DNA of 64,000 nt from a virus, in IMG/VR virus record IMGVR_UViG_3300025141_000025, positions 104,486 to 168,485 of that record, one strand, 5' to 3'. Made by a program: the position numbers and the translations under genes. Shown here in pieces: positions 18,271 through 27,667 of the stretch. Under the pieces are notes generated by a model. That model searched no databases and was not told where the DNA came from. It saw only the letters and a program-made list of their open reading frames with translations. Positions within the stretch are counted from its first letter, which is position 1; each line of letters begins with the position of its first letter.

Positions 18271-19353
18271 TTACTTACCCAGGTCGCGAGCCTTTCGAAT
18301 CAAAGTGACAATATCCTGTCCGATTCGGGAGTGCAGGCACTTGATTGGCTGCATGTTCTTGGTTGCCATCACGGCATTCCAGAGGTGAACCATCTGCTCG
18401 TCCGGCAGGCACTTGGCAAAGGCGACGACGTTGTCAGCCTCCTCTTCGCTCCAGTCGTTATTACCAGCATGGTCCACAATCTTATCGAGGACAGCCAGCG
18501 ACTCGGAAGCCTTGAGAGACTCAGCAGTATCAGTGTCAACAGACCCGGACAGGACGTCCTGGACTGAAATCTGCTTTTCGTACTTGGCGATGAACTCCAC
18601 GAAGGAGATGGCAGCCTCAGTACCGACAAAGCCCTGTGCCAGAGCGTACACACCATCCTGACGTGTTCCCGCCAGCGAGCTAGGCGCCCAACCCATATGT
18701 TGGAGACTGGTGTCCAACCGGTGCCAAGAGGCAGGGTTAGGAGCAACAGTGCCAGGCTCTACCGAGCCGACGTCCACACGGAGGTGGGCAGGATTCTGAC
18801 GAATAAAGTCGATGGTGACCGAATCAACGGCGTTGTTCTTGGCCCATCCAATCCAATCCTCATTGGTAGGATCGAGGTCAACAGTCCAGAAACGCCGGAG
18901 CAGAGCCGGGTCCATATCGTTGACATCGTACTCGGCACCATGGTTGACAGCAGCGAAGATACGCGTCTCGGGGTGAAGCTCCATGGGGTTACCAGCAGCA
19001 TCATTACCCAGCGAGCGATCCAGGACGACCTGGAAGAAGGCCTGTTGGACCTGCGGCATGGAGCGGTTGAGCTCGTCCAGCATGATGACCACCGGCTCGC
19101 GGCAGCCACGAACGAACCATGAGGGGAGCACGAAGGTAGCCACACCGGACTCCTTGCTCACCTCAAAATCGGGAATACCCGTCACCTTAGACTCGTCCAT
19201 GGTTGACCCACGCACGTCGATGAAAGGAAGCTTGAGCTCCTTAGCCGCTGCTGCAGCCAGGTGACTCTTACCCACACCGGTCGGTCCACGCATGAGGATC
19301 GCGATCTGCGGGGGAAGCTGTGTTGCCAGGTTTTTGAATGTCTTGATGTCCAT
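18271..19353 (-). CDS. MoxR-like AAA+ ATPase
   Basis: GPTGVGKS, MLDELNR, AAVN, MDPALLRRF. Confidence 0.8.
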   Translation of the reverse strand: MDIKTFKNLATQLPPQIAILMRGPTGVGKSHLAAAAAKELKLPFIDVRGSTMDESKVTGIPDFEVSKESGVATFVLPSWFVRGCREPVVIMLDELNRSMPQVQQAFFQVVLDRSLGNDAAGNPMELHPETRIFAAVNHGAEYDVNDMDPALLRRFWTVDLDPTNEDWIGWAKNNAVDSVTIDFIRQNPAHLRVDVGSVEPGTVAPNPASWHRLDTSLQHMGWAPSSLAGTRQDGVYALAQGFVGTEAAISFVEFIAKYEKQISVQDVLSGSVDTDTAESLKASESLAVLDKIVDHAGNNDWSEEEADNVVAFAKCLPDEQMVHLWNAVMATKNMQPIKCLHSRIGQDIVTLIRKARDLGK

Positions 19354-19411
19354 CTAAGCTCTCTCCTATTTCGGACGTTTTCTCTTATCCCCCCTCCCGG
19401 AGGACATTTAT

Positions 19412-19440
19412 ATTATACCACGTCTTGGGCTTCTTTACAC
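19412..19440 (-). promoter_or_regulatory. Class A promoter
   Basis: GTGTAA-N17-TATAAT. Confidence 0.8.
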
Positions 19441-19515
19441 AGAACGACTAACTTTTTTGAGAAGTAGCCTTCCAAATGTAAATAACGGCCGCAAGTCCTA
19501 CAATTAATTCAAACA

Positions 19516-19923
19516 CTAGATCACCTCCAGGAGATCGCGCTTTATATATGTCTCTTCGCCTGTGACAGTACAGACGATTTTGGCCATACCAGGAGTCGGG
19601 TTGCCCCACCCCAGCCGGACCCTGCATCGTGCCCTTTCGACTTGGTACACTCTGTCACGATGAATAAGAACTCGCCTAGACTGGGGCGGGAGCTTTGTTT
19701 CACCGGCACTGGTCATGCCTTTTGAAGCATCGGAGTCATACCACGCTGCTGTCTCTTCCGCGGTTGTAGGTCGGTGAGAAGCTACCGTTCCAGCCTCATC
19801 CATGGCGCTGTTTGTCCATGGATATTGCAGGCCGCCGCCTTGTTTTGTGGTAAAACACTTGTTGATATCAAGCCTGACGAGGCAACCTTTGGAAAGCTTT
19901 TTCACTAACACACCTTTTCGCAA
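19516..19923 (-). CDS. Hypothetical protein (SH3-like ends)
   Basis: KGCLV...LLEVI. Confidence 0.55.
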   Translation of the reverse strand: MRKGVLVKKLSKGCLVRLDINKCFTTKQGGGLQYPWTNSAMDEAGTVASHRPTTAEETAAWYDSDASKGMTSAGETKLPPQSRRVLIHRDRVYQVERARCRVRLGWGNPTPGMAKIVCTVTGEETYIKRDLLEVI

Positions 19924-20023
19924 AAACGAACTGCAACACTTGCAATAAAAACCAGCCAGAACAGAACTTCAAATTTTGTTGTGGCTTCAAATTTCATCCG
20001 GTCCCCTCCCTGGGAACATTAAT

Positions 20024-20052
20024 ATTATACCACAGCGGGAGAAGACTTACAC
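20024..20052 (-). promoter_or_regulatory. Class A promoter
   Basis: GTGTAA-N17-TATAAT. Confidence 0.8.
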
Positions 20053-20066
20053 AGAACTGCAGTTTA

Positions 20067-20315
20067 TTAGAACCCGGGTGGCAGGTTATCAGGCCATGGA
20101 CCGCCGGGCTCTGACAGGGTTGTGGCCTTACGGGGCTCATTGTACGTATACATGTGCGCGGCATGAATGCCAGGAATCATTGCGATAATCTCGGCCTTGG
20201 GCAGTTTTTCCTGCGCAACCCCATGGGCACGTTCAGCGCCATCAGGTGCCTCGATAATACATGCAGCAACGCCGCCGGATCCCTTGAATACACAGGTAAA
20301 GGGTCGCTTAAACAT
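20067..20315 (-). CDS. Hypothetical protein
   Basis: AGGAG SD. Confidence 0.55.
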   Translation of the reverse strand: MFKRPFTCVFKGSGGVAACIIEAPDGAERAHGVAQEKLPKAEIIAMIPGIHAAHMYTYNEPRKATTLSEPGGPWPDNLPPGF

Positions 20316-20538
20316 CGTGTTCTCCTTTTGAACAATTGGAAATCAAAATTGGTAGTCTTCGTAAGCTATTGTAATCATTGAACATTATTGTCTTTACGTT
20401 GGTATCTCTAATTTCTTTCATTTCGCCATTTTCCATTACGACAAAATTTCTACCTACCGTGGTCTCATGAATCTCTAAAACCAACAATATCCTGTCAGCT
20501 ATTCGCCACAATTCACCGGGTAGGGGATCCCAAAACAT
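20308..20538 (-). CDS. Hypothetical protein
   Basis: ORF track. Confidence 0.5.
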   Translation of the reverse strand: MFWDPLPGELWRIADRILLVLEIHETTVGRNFVVMENGEMKEIRDTNVKTIMFNDYNSLRRLPILISNCSKGEHDV

Positions 20539-20552
20539 GTATTTTGATCTTG

Positions 20553-20795
20553 TTAAGCCAATATCTGCAATCTGCCTATTCTGTAAAATTCCAGCAGCAT
20601 TATCTGCGACAACACCATGATCGAACCATTAGATCGCAGCAGCTCATAATTCCAATGATTTCCATCTGAATACGAACGTCGGACATCAACAATTGTGACC
20701 GCCTCACCGGTATCTTCCAATTCAAAGTCATCGGCGCCCACCCACAGGACTTGACCTGAATCAAAGGCAGGTGAGTCTTTTTCTTCTTCGTTCAA
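20553..20795 (-). CDS. Hypothetical protein
   Basis: ORF track. Confidence 0.5.
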   Translation of the reverse strand: MNEEEKDSPAFDSGQVLWVGADDFELEDTGEAVTIVDVRRSYSDGNHWNYELLRSNGSIMVLSQIMLLEFYRIGRLQILA

Positions 20796-20801
20796 CTATA
20801 A

Positions 20802-22037
20802 TCACTCCCCTGCCGGCCACTTCATTCTAGCGACTGAATCCAGCTTGTCAGGGGAGAACAACAGCTTGGTGCCGGGAACCAACATCCAACACCGCTTCAA
20901 CTTGGACGGCTTGGGCTTGGCTGCCTCACCATCTGTGATGATAATGTAACCGTCAAATCGATGCCTGTTCTTGTTGGCATGTTCGGTGACACAACCGAAA
21001 TCGGTACCACCACAGCGTGTTCGACCGGTCTCAGGCGTACGATTCTTCTTCCACGCAGTCTCAGACTTTTCGTCAACCTCCGTGTCGAAGTGGAATGTAA
21101 CGAACTCAGTCCGCCGCGACAGGTTACGAAGCTCACCAAAGGCCAGCTCCAACTCCTTGTTTCCAACCGAACCGCTCTGGTCAATGTAGACAGCGATTGA
21201 GCTGGTGTATCCTCGTTTGGCGCCGGTTGCCAAAGGCCCGTGCTCCGGGTGCATGTGAACCACGTTGACATTGGACCAGGTCGTTGTCCGAGTGCCACGC
21301 TTTGAGAATCCACAAAACTGCTTAAGGATGGCGCGCCAGTCCACTTCGGTGCTCACCATTTCGCGCAGTTTAGAGCGCATGTCACCACCAATGGAACCCC
21401 ACTTACCGGTGCGATCGGCTTCTTTCACAGCTTCCTTGACCGCCTCACGGATCTTGCCCTTGACGAGCTCCTTCTCTTCATCGGTCATTTCTCCCCAACC
21501 ACCATGGTCGTCGAAGCCGTTACCCTCACCCTCTGCTTGTTCCTTGGCTTCCTCGTCCTGCATGATCTTGGTGAAGTACCACTCTTGGGACTTGTGCTTG
21601 GGAAGCGAAGCAATCAGCTTAGCCAGCGGGCTGTCGGCATTAGGAGACTCCGGGTCGATTTCCTTACCCGGGACCAGGCCACCCTCAGGCAACTCGTTCT
21701 CCGGAATGTCTGAATTGATCGCCAGGTCAGCTGCGATGTTTGCGACATTGTGAGGCTCGAGTTTTCGCGAAGTGCAGTGCTCAAACGCCAGGTGAAAACA
21801 CTCGTGCTTAAGCAGGCCCTTGATGTGATTGTCTTCAAGCGCGCTGATGAAATCCGGATTAATCAACATGTGAACGTCCGCTTCCTTCACCATCACACCG
21901 GCGGTCGGAATCTGTTCACCGAACTCGATGTTGATTCCGCGCAGGATACGGGCGAAGAAGGGCTCGTCAAACATCATCCGCAACAGGTGCGGGCTGAGCT
22001 CTTTCTTCGTTGAAATTTTTCGGACAGCTTCGGTCAT
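20802..22037 (-). CDS. DUF2201-type metallopeptidase plus vWA domain (MoxR partner)
   Basis: HECFH (HExxH), NIAADLAIN, DQSGS MIDAS, GGTDF, ITDG. Confidence 0.8.
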   Translation of the reverse strand: MTEAVRKISTKKELSPHLLRMMFDEPFFARILRGINIEFGEQIPTAGVMVKEADVHMLINPDFISALEDNHIKGLLKHECFHLAFEHCTSRKLEPHNVANIAADLAINSDIPENELPEGGLVPGKEIDPESPNADSPLAKLIASLPKHKSQEWYFTKIMQDEEAKEQAEGEGNGFDDHGGWGEMTDEEKELVKGKIREAVKEAVKEADRTGKWGSIGGDMRSKLREMVSTEVDWRAILKQFCGFSKRGTRTTTWSNVNVVHMHPEHGPLATGAKRGYTSSIAVYIDQSGSVGNKELELAFGELRNLSRRTEFVTFHFDTEVDEKSETAWKKNRTPETGRTRCGGTDFGCVTEHANKNRHRFDGYIIITDGEAAKPKPSKLKRCWMLVPGTKLLFSPDKLDSVARMKWPAGE

Positions 22038-22063
22038 TGGCTCCCCTCCCTGGGTTCACCTCT

Positions 22064-22092
22064 ATTATACCACACCCGGGGGCGTCTTACAC
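22064..22092 (-). promoter_or_regulatory. Class A promoter
   Basis: GTGTAA-N17-TATAAT. Confidence 0.8.
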
Positions 22093-22101
22093 AAAACTGT
22101 C

Positions 22102-22136
22102 AAAAAAAAGAGGGGCCGGCATCACCCGAACCCCTC
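22102..22136 (-). terminator. Probable intrinsic terminator
   Basis: GAGGGG/CCCCTC stem with U tail on minus strand. Confidence 0.55.
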
Positions 22137-22161
22137 AAAACACTATTCACCCGAACCGAAG

Positions 22162-22401
22162 TTACGCGTTAATCACGTCGCTGGACTCGCTGGAATCGCT
22201 AAGCGACTCGTTCAAGAAGGACTGAAGCGCAGTCGCCTCCTTGATAGTCATCTGCAGCTGGGTCGTTCCAACCGAATACTGCTGTCCGCTAGCTGGAAGC
22301 GTCGCGATCGTGACGACATTGCTGCCGGCCTTCTTGGCAGTGTTATTTCGGTAGCAACCGAACTCGAATCGACTAGTTGTCTTAGTGTTGTTGTAGCTCA
22401 T
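22162..22401 (-). CDS. Hypothetical protein
   Basis: AAGGAG SD, own promoter and terminator. Confidence 0.65.
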   Translation of the reverse strand: MSYNNTKTTSRFEFGCYRNNTAKKAGSNVVTIATLPASGQQYSVGTTQLQMTIKEATALQSFLNESLSDSSESSDVINA

Positions 22402-22461
22402 AGACGTATCTCCTTATGTGTTGTTTCGTCTTTTTTTTGTCGCCCCTTTGGACGCACGTAT

Positions 22462-22490
22462 ATTATAGCTGAACGTGAGGGCATTTACAA
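22462..22490 (-). promoter_or_regulatory. Class A promoter variant
   Basis: TTGTAA-N17-TATAAT. Confidence 0.7.
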
Positions 22491-22631
22491 AATTAATTCT
22501 TCTGCTTTTCGCGGGGGCTGGAGTCAAAAATTTTCCCATACTGGGCCCGGCAAACTGTACTAGTACTTCTCATGTACCGCTGCCATGTTTTTACAAAAAT
22601 TCTTCTACTTTTAACGGGGGAGAGAGGCATG

Positions 22632-22886
22632 TCAGCCGAGCCAGTCGTGGGTGGGGCGGCCAGGATTATCGGGAATTGCCTCCATCACAGCGTCAATCAC
22701 CTGTGGGATCAGGCGAGCCGGTACGTGTACTTTCCATGACGGATTTTCCCAATTGGCCTTCAGCGAGCATCCGATAGAGACTACTGCCTCCGAACCCTCG
22801 CCGTAGGGGGCCTCCAAGAACTTGACGGTGATACCCGCGCGTTCCCTGTCTCCGTACATCACAACCCTAACGTCGTCTTCTGCCAT
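22632..22886 (-). CDS. Hypothetical protein
   Basis: GAGG SD, downstream of promoter. Confidence 0.6.
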   Translation of the reverse strand: MAEDDVRVVMYGDRERAGITVKFLEAPYGEGSEAVVSIGCSLKANWENPSWKVHVPARLIPQVIDAVMEAIPDNPGRPTHDWLG

Positions 22887-22907
22887 GCCTCTCGTCCTCC
22901 TACCAAT

Positions 22908-22936
22908 ATTATACCACAGCCACCCGGGTTTTACAC
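22908..22936 (-). promoter_or_regulatory. Class A promoter
   Basis: GTGTAA-N17-TATAAT. Confidence 0.8.
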
Positions 22937-23437
22937 AGGGAAAGTGGGTTACGAGGGCACATCTTTTTTTTCTTTATTTTGTGTACAAACGTCTAAGAAA
23001 GGGCCAAACCCCGTTACCCCCTGTCACCGTCCCTGAGGACAGGTCAGCAGCTTCGTCCGGGTCCGAGCTCACCTGGGAAAGTGGGAAAGTGTGATCACAT
23101 GTTACCCGTTTTTCCGTTTTACCGTTACCAGGGTGGGCAGGGCCGGGATCAGCTTCTCCCTGAGGAGTGTTGTCACCAGTGTGCGCTCTTCCCCTACTAT
23201 CAGGTATCTCTCTCCCCTGTTCTCCCCTCTCTCCCTTTTCTGTTTTTACTACTTTATGATGTAGCGCCCGAGAGTTCCAATGGACATTTTGTCATTAGCG
23301 GGAGACAATAGTAATCATACGCAGGCCTCTAGAACCATTCACACGTACATCCAGAGGGCCACGTGTTCTACTTGATTACGAACTATGATGAGGACTGTTT
23401 ACTGGAACAAAAGATCGACCAGGGATGCCCGTGCTCT

Positions 23438-24247
23438 TCATACAATTTTTCTTTGTGCGATCGAAGTTAGCATACCCATACAATCTTGATTTCGAACCCA
23501 TACGGGAACTGCCGATAACAAGAGTCGAAGCATTTCTTCGTAATCATGCTCTTGCATGTTGGTTCGATTTAGAGACATTTTCTGGACGTTCTTAATTTTG
23601 GGTAGCTGTGAGACCTTTGAAGATGCTACCATTCTCCACTGTTTCTCGCCGCGGCCCATGATCGCCATTCGATGGGGATCTTCCATTGCTTCCCTTACAA
23701 AGGGTCCGCAGAAATTCACGTGAATGTCGGACGTTATCATATCATCTGACCATCTTCGAGATCGCCATGGAACGACCTCCATCATGCATACATGTTGCGA
23801 CAAAAAGAGCCAGACTTTCTCATCTTGCCACTGTAACTTTTCTTTAATGTCAGCGTGCAAATCTCGAAAAAGATCAGCATGCCACGTATCTTTATTCCTG
23901 TAATTTGGATGCAAGTGAGGATTGTGATACTCGTCGGAGCCGAATGTACAGTGGGCTGTTTTTTCAAATCTTTCGAAATGATCCGGTTCGGTTACAAGAT
24001 CGAGTGTTTTGATATCCCAGCTTGGATTCTTAAGTAAAAGCAAAACAGTCGCTTCAAAAGGATTTCCTGACCAGCATAAGGGTGGCAAAAGCTTTTGTGT
24101 ATTTGGATGCCTATACAGCAGTTCTAAATCGCTTCCATTTTTTCTATTCTTGACACGGATATTGTGCTCATGAATCAATTTTTCTTCTAATTGTGAAGTA
24201 AAAGATTGATCGCTTCCAATTTTTCTGTCATGGAACGGAAAAACCAA
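23438..24247 (-). CDS. Uracil-DNA glycosylase-like superfamily protein
   Basis: PLCWSGNPFEATVLLLLKNPS and EVVPWRS pattern. Confidence 0.45.
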   Translation of the reverse strand: MVFPFHDRKIGSDQSFTSQLEEKLIHEHNIRVKNRKNGSDLELLYRHPNTQKLLPPLCWSGNPFEATVLLLLKNPSWDIKTLDLVTEPDHFERFEKTAHCTFGSDEYHNPHLHPNYRNKDTWHADLFRDLHADIKEKLQWQDEKVWLFLSQHVCMMEVVPWRSRRWSDDMITSDIHVNFCGPFVREAMEDPHRMAIMGRGEKQWRMVASSKVSQLPKIKNVQKMSLNRTNMQEHDYEEMLRLLLSAVPVWVRNQDCMGMLTSIAQRKIV

Positions 24248-24248
24248 C

Positions 24249-24455
24249 TTACTGCTCCGGTGTAATAAGATGATCAGGGTTTATTTCAATCGCTGCGAGG
24301 TACCTTTTAGAAGAATCAATCCGAGACCCAGGATGAACAGATCTCCATGCCAAAGTATTCGGATCCCATGCCAGCATCATGTCATATCTAATCTGAATTG
24401 TCATTATCTTATGAAAGAAATATCCACATCCAAATCCTATTATGAAGTAAAGCAC
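24249..24455 (-). CDS. Small membrane protein
   Basis: N-terminal TM. Confidence 0.5.
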   Translation of the reverse strand: MLYFIIGFGCGYFFHKIMTIQIRYDMMLAWDPNTLAWRSVHPGSRIDSSKRYLAAIEINPDHLITPEQ

Positions 24456-24683
24456 TTATTTTCCCTTTATTGAATTATCGATAAATGCTCTTATCGTTTG
24501 CGGCAAGATCACGTAAACTGCGCTCAGATACAACTCGTCCCATTTCATCATTCTTCATTGCATTTTTATACAAAAAAGCAGACAGGCACACACCACATCC
24601 AACTGCAATAGAAACATAAAACATAAAAACACCTCTTGGCTAGTTCAATTACATTATATGAACATTATCGGTAATTTTCACTA

Positions 24684-25778
24684 TTAGATTTCGTTGTGAA
24701 ACATGTCATTAAAGGCAGCGAAATTTGGTAATTCATTAAAACCATGAACACCCGCAACGGCCAAGGCAGCACTTGAAACTAGTGAATTGCCGTCCTGTGG
24801 CGTAAACGCAAACCCGACAACATGTGTATTCTCGCCCGCGTGAAACACTGTGATGCTTGGCACACTAACAACGACTTGGTTGTAAATTCTTCCATAGAAG
24901 CCGTGATCCCTGCCAAAACTAAAAATTCTGTTTGCCGATTTATGCCGAGTCAGCGCAACCATTTTGTCGACAGTAAATTTCTCAATTACATCCTGCTTTG
25001 TCATAATTCCGCTAACTTCGATATTGAATCTAATTGTATGCATGTACTGAGAATTTGTTTTCATTGCTGAGGATTTGACATTTTTAAAAATATCTCCGTG
25101 CACAGTTGTCAACAAGTCATGTACATCTCTCGCGTGATGTGTACCAAATTCAGCATCTCCATGCGATCCAGCGGTCGGTGATGGAACGAATCCGTTGTCC
25201 TGACTTGCATCATTTGCCCTTCTGATGCATACAAAATCGCCACTGACAAAACGTTCATAGCCACCATTTTCAGACAAAGCCTTACATAATCGTGAAATTG
25301 CATGTGTATTGCAACTTACGACCTGAACATAATTTGTGTCATTGTTATCAAGTTCATTCACTGCCGAATCATTCAATAAAAATCCGTAAGGTGTTCCAAA
25401 CCCTTTTTCGCTGCCTTGCGCAACGAATAACGCACCAGGCGAAATATTTTGATAAAATGCTTCTTTGTTTTGTAGTCCTGCCGGCGTACAGTCAATCACA
25501 ACCTTGCAACTTTCTATAGTTTTGGAAAAAGTTCCTGCAACTTCCAAGTCGATGGATTGAAAATCATCTTTTCTGTTTTCATCAACAATAAGTTTTGCGC
25601 CCTGGCCTAGAAGACTTTTTACTTTTGGAATCTCATCTAACAAAGGTGTTCTTTTATGAAAATAAACATCACCCAAATCTAATTTTTCTTTTAATCGTGC
25701 CAACATTCCAATCAGCGGTTCGCCAATCGTTCCTGTTCCTACAACTAATACACCCTTTTTATCTTTAACATTACTCAT
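24684..25778 (-). CDS. Type II (archaeal-type) glyceraldehyde-3-phosphate dehydrogenase-like protein
   Basis: GTGTIG Rossmann, IDCTP, QGSEK, VVSCNTH catalytic Cys, RRAND, HHARDV. Confidence 0.75.
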   Translation of the reverse strand: MSNVKDKKGVLVVGTGTIGEPLIGMLARLKEKLDLGDVYFHKRTPLLDEIPKVKSLLGQGAKLIVDENRKDDFQSIDLEVAGTFSKTIESCKVVIDCTPAGLQNKEAFYQNISPGALFVAQGSEKGFGTPYGFLLNDSAVNELDNNDTNYVQVVSCNTHAISRLCKALSENGGYERFVSGDFVCIRRANDASQDNGFVPSPTAGSHGDAEFGTHHARDVHDLLTTVHGDIFKNVKSSAMKTNSQYMHTIRFNIEVSGIMTKQDVIEKFTVDKMVALTRHKSANRIFSFGRDHGFYGRIYNQVVVSVPSITVFHAGENTHVVGFAFTPQDGNSLVSSAALAVAGVHGFNELPNFAAFNDMFHNEI

Positions 25779-25829
25779 GTGAACCTCACTTCATCTGCAA
25801 AAAATATAATTCTTCATTGCAATTTGTAC

Positions 25830-25855
25830 AAAAAAACCCGCGTGAAAGCGGGTTT
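25830..25855 (-). terminator. Intrinsic terminator
   Basis: AAACCCGC/GCGGGTTT stem with U tail. Confidence 0.7.
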
Positions 25856-25881
25856 GAAAGCTTGTTAGTAAAGAACCAGTG

Positions 25882-26334
25882 TTATGTACGTTTTTTTCTA
25901 GTTCCAAAAACCCAGTCAAAAATCGGTGTTGTTACACCCCAATTTGCATTTTGGTTTTTTCCCATATGATGATCGTAATGCCATGGCAGCCATTTTTTAC
26001 CCCACTCGACATCAATGTGGCTCTTTCGATGCAGAAGATAATAAACAACAGCATGAAAGACTAAGCCAAGCCACAAATAAAAACTAAACAGCATGATGGG
26101 TGTGGTGGCAACTACGGCTGAAATTAACAAAACAACCTCTGCTAATCCATTTTCCAAATCCGTAGGAGGAAAATTCAAATAATCATCGTCGAAGTTGTTA
26201 TTTTTTCGACATTTTTTATGGTGCACGCTGAAGTGTGATTTTGAAAAAAGCCTATTTGGCACATTATGTAGCAAGTACTTATGCGCATTCCACTCAATAA
26301 AGATACCTAAAAAAATTCCAATTAGGAAATCCAT
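25882..26334 (-). CDS. Fatty acid hydroxylase / sterol desaturase family
   Basis: His boxes HKYLLH, HFSVHH, HRKSH, HYDHH; NWGV. Confidence 0.8.
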   Translation of the reverse strand: MDFLIGIFLGIFIEWNAHKYLLHNVPNRLFSKSHFSVHHKKCRKNNNFDDDYLNFPPTDLENGLAEVVLLISAVVATTPIMLFSFYLWLGLVFHAVVYYLLHRKSHIDVEWGKKWLPWHYDHHMGKNQNANWGVTTPIFDWVFGTRKKRT

Positions 26335-26607
26335 GACACTCCCGAATCACTGCACCTATAAAAATATTCTCCAATCTTATCAAATTATTATTTGAGTTCA
26401 AAAAATTCTCAAATTCATAATTCACCAACAGCGTAGAGAAGGCAAGCAGTTTAAACTACTCACGCGCTGCATAATCTTGTCGATTCACGGCGAATCAAAC
26501 CAAAATCAAATCACTTCGTACTAAAAATCGATGAAATTTTTCGTACATACAATAACTATTATGAAAAATCGGCACGAACCGGCTTTAAGTCATTTTAGTT
26601 GAAAATT

Positions 26608-26946
26608 TTACGAATTTTTTCCAATGACCTTTTCCAACCACAGCTCGGCTGCCCCAACGCAATTTGAATCTGGCCATTTTCTTCCATCAAAAGCCCCGGA
26701 GTTGAGCGCCGTTTGCAAACGATCAGATAACAGCTTTGCGCTGTGGGCGATGTCGGCCAGCGTTTCAGCACCTGCCTCTGACATCCCAGGGGATGCTAAA
26801 ATCGCTGACCAGTTTACGACATCAAGGAGCTCTTCATTAATTTCCTGAACAAGCTTGGGAACTGGTGCATAAAAAGATTCATCACCGTATTCAATTGCCC
26901 CTGCTTTCAATCTACATAAACATTCATTATAAAATTTATTTGTCAT
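26608..26946 (-). CDS. Hypothetical, possible all-alpha NTP pyrophosphatase
   Basis: GAIEYGD...EEllD-type acidic motif. Confidence 0.4.
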   Translation of the reverse strand: MTNKFYNECLCRLKAGAIEYGDESFYAPVPKLVQEINEELLDVVNWSAILASPGMSEAGAETLADIAHSAKLLSDRLQTALNSGAFDGRKWPDSNCVGAAELWLEKVIGKNS

Positions 26947-26982
26947 TACTTTCCTTTCGATTGTTTATCTACTACATTGATC

Positions 26983-27162
26983 TTATGAAATAACTTCATA
27001 ATTTTCAACCAGAGATGTCCTTATTTTTCCACTCGACTCCATTACCTTGATCGCAGTATATGCCCGTTCAATAACAATTCCAACTTGATCAGAATAATCC
27101 TTTCGAGATCTAAGCTTCCACCACATTTCATACTTCATTTTAACAAGGTCACCGACTTTCAC
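26983..27162 (-). CDS. MKVGDLV-family SH3/KOW-like protein
   Basis: KVGDLV..GIV..YEVIS. Confidence 0.7.
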   Translation of the reverse strand: MKVGDLVKMKYEMWWKLRSRKDYSDQVGIVIERAYTAIKVMESSGKIRTSLVENYEVIS

Positions 27163-27234
27163 GAATTTCTCCAATGATACATAGAAAAATCCATATCAAA
27201 ATTATCAATGCAGCCATTTTACCAAGTGTCAAGA

Positions 27235-27423
27235 TTACCTCCCCATGACAAGGTCGATGGGTCCAAGATCTGAATCAGACACGGTGACGGTTTCACCACG
27301 TGTGAGAACATCATACATTGTCCTCTTTTCATTTTCAAACTTATGAACAATAAGCCCGGGTAATAAAAAACGGGTCGTACCCGTTTCATGTAACCTCACT
27401 GTCACTAAATCTCCAACATCCAT
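27235..27423 (-). CDS. MKVGDLV-family protein
   Basis: MDVGDLV. Confidence 0.7.
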   Translation of the reverse strand: MDVGDLVTVRLHETGTTRFLLPGLIVHKFENEKRTMYDVLTRGETVTVSDSDLGPIDLVMGR

Positions 27424-27436
27424 GCCAATAAATACA

Positions 27437-27667
27437 TCATACTATCTCCAATTCACACTCATGAAACCACTCTGGGTCATTTTGTAACTCCGGTAGCATT
27501 GCCAAGACAGCCATTCCGGTTGGGTTCATTTCCAACGTAATAGACTTATGACCTCGTGCCGGCTTGACCTCGAGAACTAAGCCTGGCGCATCGCAGTAAC
27601 CTTGCGACCACACCACCAAATCACCAACGTTAATCTGTTCTTTTCCCACCCAGTTACGAAATCCCAT
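27437..27667 (-). CDS. MKVGDLV-family protein
   Basis: NVGDLV...ELEIV. Confidence 0.7.
   Translation of the reverse strand: MGFRNWVGKEQINVGDLVVWSQGYCDAPGLVLEVKPARGHKSITLEMNPTGMAVLAMLPELQNDPEWFHECELEIV

Noticed and set aside
26340-26600. tRNA or known ncRNA in the intergenic gap
   Set aside because: No cloverleaf or T-loop GTTCRA pattern found by eye.
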